64,000 nucleotides of DNA, taken from the NCBI GenBank assembly GCA_019057385.1, contig JAHQJS010000007.1:256001-320000 (forward strand). The letters run 5' to 3'. This document shows positions 60,970 through 64,000 of this stretch, one piece after another (positions within the stretch are counted from its first letter, which is position 1; each line of letters begins with the position of its first letter). The position numbers and the translations under genes were made by a program. The notes beneath the pieces are model-generated. The model made no database searches, was not told where the DNA came from, and was given only the letters and a program-made list of their open reading frames with translations. Source of the stretch: Candidatus Borrarchaeum weybense (lineage in GTDB: Archaea; Asgardarchaeota; Sifarchaeia; Borrarchaeales; Borrarchaeaceae).

Positions 60970-61746
60970 TTGGAATACACAGAAATTTTAATTGAATATG
61001 AAGAGCAAGTAGCAAAAATCGTATTAAATCGCCCTGAGAAATTTAATGCATTATCCTTGAAGCTTCTTGAAGAGTTGGTTGATGCATTACAACACATATC
61101 AACAAATAAAGAGATCCGGGTTGTTGTGATAAAAGGTGCTGGACCCTGTTTTAGCACAGGGCACGATCTTTCGGAGATGGTTGGTAAGGAAATTACCCAG
61201 TATAAGAGGATTTTTGAAACGTGCGGTAAAATGATGAAATGGTTACAAAAAATCCCGCAACCAACTATTGCTCAAGTCCATGGATATGCCATGGCAGCCG
61301 GATGTCAATTTGTCGCGGCCTGTGATCTCGCAGTTGCTGAAGATGGAGCTAAATTTAGCACCCCAGGTGTAAAAATTGGCTTGTTTTGCACTACCCCAGG
61401 GGTTCCATTGGGACGAAACATTGGTAGAAAACGTGCTTTGGAGATGCTGTTTACAGGACGTTTTATCACTGCCCAAGAAGCTTTTGAATTTGGTCTAATA
61501 AACCGAATAACCTCGAAAAACAAACTTGAAGCCATTACTCAAGAATTGATTGACCCCATACTCCAGTCAAGTCCTCTAACCGTTCATTTGGGAAAGCAAG
61601 CATTTTATAATCAGATGAATATGACAGAAGAACAAGCATATGCCTATGCGATCAATACGATCGCATTAAATCTCGCTACACACGATGCCCAAGAGGGGAT
61701 TTCAGCATTTCTTGAAAAAAGAACACCTAAATGGAAGGGATTTTAG
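60970..61746 (+). CDS. Enoyl-CoA hydratase/isomerase family protein
   Basis: LNRPEKFNAL, FSTGHDL, AAGCQFVAACDL, EGISAFLEKRTPKW. Confidence 0.93.
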   Translation: MEYTEILIEYEEQVAKIVLNRPEKFNALSLKLLEELVDALQHISTNKEIRVVVIKGAGPCFSTGHDLSEMVGKEITQYKRIFETCGKMMKWLQKIPQPTIAQVHGYAMAAGCQFVAACDLAVAEDGAKFSTPGVKIGLFCTTPGVPLGRNIGRKRALEMLFTGRFITAQEAFEFGLINRITSKNKLEAITQELIDPILQSSPLTVHLGKQAFYNQMNMTEEQAYAYAINTIALNLATHDAQEGISAFLEKRTPKWKGF

Positions 61747-61885
61747 CAAATTCCGAGCGAAATCGGGTTTGTACACTCCACAGGATGAATGCAGACACCG
61801 TTCAGAGTGATTCCTTACTGCAAAATTGCTTAGATGCTGATCATTCGACCGAATGGAAGCAGTAATCAGGTCTGAGAGAGATGAG

Positions 61886-62121
61886 ATGAAAAAAAATCAA
61901 CTCCGTTCTTATATTTGGGATTAGTAATAATGCAAGCCGTTCATAGCATTGAAGAATACCTTTCTGGTTTTCCTGAGTTCTTTAGAGATATGACCCGTCT
62001 TATCCATAACGAGCTAGGGGTTTTTTCAATAATACACATGACTGAACAAACATTTGTCATAGTGAACATCATTCTGATTGTTTTCCTTCTGGTTATTTAC
62101 AAATCCAATAAAAAACATTAA
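61886..62121 (+). pseudogene. HXXEE-domain membrane protein, frameshifted and truncated
   Basis: HSIEEY motif; the upstream ATG is out of frame across an A8 run, and the ORF ends early for this family. Confidence 0.6.
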
Positions 62122-62270
62122 TCGATCGTCCTTCCATGATGTATACATTCCTAATGCTCTCTTTTAAAAGATTTTTACACCAAATATCCATTTTTGGATC
62201 AATCATGAAGTTGAATTTATGGAAAAATTAGTTATGAAAATGTTTGATATAGTTGTGCAAAACTGGTTCT

Positions 62271-62756
62271 CTAAAATATTTTTGGTATAAATCTCTGTGG
62301 TACTCGTCGCATATATTCTTCGTATTCTTTTCCAAATTTTTCCTTCAGAATTTCTTCCTCTTTAATTGCCGTCAATACAGTAAATATGCTAAAAATAACT
62401 ACTGGGACTAAGAGCCATACAATTCCCCAAGCAAATGCGAAACCGAAAAATATCAAGATCAAACCAAAGTAGCCAGGATGTCTTATCTTCGAATATATAC
62501 CCTTAGTTATAAGTTCTTCAATCTTTTCTGATTGTTGATGCATTTGTTTGTGAATTTTATGAGAGTATTCGTGGATTATCACTCCTATTATCAGCACAAT
62601 TGCTCCCAATATATTTGTAATGGGATAAAATGGTATAGTTAAGAGATGAAATATGGTGCCTATAATACCTATCACGATCAGTATTGGCCATTCGATTAAA
62701 ACTCGTATAGTTGGTTTTACTAAAAGATACTTATCTATAAGACTATTTTCTCTCAT
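62271..62756 (-). CDS. Isoprenylcysteine carboxyl methyltransferase/PEMT family protein
   Basis: LITKGIYSKIRHPGY, EEEIL...FGKEYEEYMRRVPQRFIP. Confidence 0.9.
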   Translation of the reverse strand: MRENSLIDKYLLVKPTIRVLIEWPILIVIGIIGTIFHLLTIPFYPITNILGAIVLIIGVIIHEYSHKIHKQMHQQSEKIEELITKGIYSKIRHPGYFGLILIFFGFAFAWGIVWLLVPVVIFSIFTVLTAIKEEEILKEKFGKEYEEYMRRVPQRFIPKIF

Positions 62757-63033
62757 ATCAATTCACTCTATTCTCTTATGGACACTGTGTAATCTCTGGC
62801 AATATAGTAAAAGGATATACTAATATAAAAATAGTTGCATTAATCCTAAAAAAGAAATTCATCTTGAATTTCATGAAAGTCCCTTTAGATTGCTATTTCT
62901 AGATGCAGTAGAAACTATTACAAAAATTTAAATTCTATCTTGGTATTACTTAATCATGTTTAGGTTTCTATCAAATGATCTACTAAATTTTCTGTTGATT
63001 TTAGAAACTTAGATTTTTTTTCATAGGTTTTTT

Positions 63034-63789
63034 CTAATAACTATAATCTAATGATATTACTTTTCTCTCTTTTTGAATATGGAAAAAAGTATGACAATTA
63101 AAACACATGCATTGAAGCATATCTGACTTGTAAAGATGTTGAAACCGTTCATTACTCATAACTAACAAACCTTTATCATGCGTACCTGTATTGTTTTTAT
63201 GATGTCCGCAAAGATAATTGTAATCACGTTCTCCACAAATAGCACATTTCCTTCCAAGCAAAAATAGCCTATGAATGTAGCGTTTAATTTTATATTTATG
63301 ATCTCTTGCCGATTTGGTATAAATTGGCTTATTTAATCTTTCCGAAATAGTACCCCACTCGTAAATTCGCCCATGGTTCATACAAAATACCATATAATTA
63401 TTGTTTTTAAGATTTTTTTGAAAAAGATGTTCTGCTACCAACTCTACATGGCTTAAATTTGTTTGATAACTACCTTTAGTGTAGTATTTACTTGTACTAT
63501 ATTCGCCATGTAAACGTCCATTTACGTGTCTTACAGATAAAATAAGAGGATTTGATATATTACAACCATCATACATGCATTTCAAAGGAAGTTCATATTT
63601 CGAACAAATTTCATACACACGATCTCGTTTTCGTTTTAGTTGATTCTTGAAATTCTGTTTTATTAGTCGCTCTTTATTTTTTTGGTAATATCGCTTATTT
63701 GGTATTTTGCTATAACATTTTCTGCAAAGACCTTTAGCAATATGTTTCTTAAATTCTCCACAATTAGGACAGATGATCATTCTTTGCAT
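63034..63789 (-). CDS. Cys/His-rich protein with two HNH-like modules
   Basis: CPNC..HIAKGLCRKC; CMYDGC..LSVRHVN..FCMNH; CAICG..LCGHH..CMCFNCH. Confidence 0.65.
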   Translation of the reverse strand: MQRMIICPNCGEFKKHIAKGLCRKCYSKIPNKRYYQKNKERLIKQNFKNQLKRKRDRVYEICSKYELPLKCMYDGCNISNPLILSVRHVNGRLHGEYSTSKYYTKGSYQTNLSHVELVAEHLFQKNLKNNNYMVFCMNHGRIYEWGTISERLNKPIYTKSARDHKYKIKRYIHRLFLLGRKCAICGERDYNYLCGHHKNNTGTHDKGLLVMSNERFQHLYKSDMLQCMCFNCHTFFHIQKERKVISLDYSY

Positions 63790-64000
63790 TTCTCATCATG
63801 CTCATAAATTCAAGTGAAACGCAAATAACGAAAAACAGGAAATTTTACTTTCGAAATCAGTCTCGTGACCTTTTTATCTATATTAACAACTATTACATAT
63901 ACTCAGACGGGGCATAGTACAAGAGAAAAAACTTTTTGTTGCATTAAAATCATCAAAAAACGCTCGACACGACAGAGATTTGTTTATCTATGCTCTTAGG

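Noticed and set aside
1-64000. CRISPR arrays, tRNA/rRNA genes, selenoprotein UGA codons
   Set aside because: None found by eye; tRNAscan-SE, Infernal and a SECIS search would be needed to exclude them

Overview
Low-GC archaeal chromosomal window, most likely an Asgard archaeon. The inference rests on a longin-like protein, archaeal/eukaryote-type SelB plus PSTK, SepCysS, a GT3 glycogen synthase, TrmB regulators and TATA/SD signals. It holds about 55 CDS, including fba, a P-type H+-ATPase, a cytochrome bd subunit I-like operon, tfrAB, sucCD, larA, comDE, an AAA-smc-scpA-scpB operon and a DNA methyltransferase. Mobile DNA comprises one intact tnpB element and several ORF-less IS200/IS605 derivatives. 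No tRNA, rRNA or CRISPR array was seen. Three signals are absent from the ORF track. (1) A NifU-domain gene is split by a 32-nt intron with a canonical bulge-helix-bulge motif, and splicing restores the frame. (2) Three dispersed 9-codon genes encode MDPGxx[W/F]P[W/Y] micropeptides, each with its own SD and a shared promoter motif. (3) A six-site 24-bp palindromic operator marks a probable TrmB regulon over the first 14 kb. All calls were made by eye without database searches.
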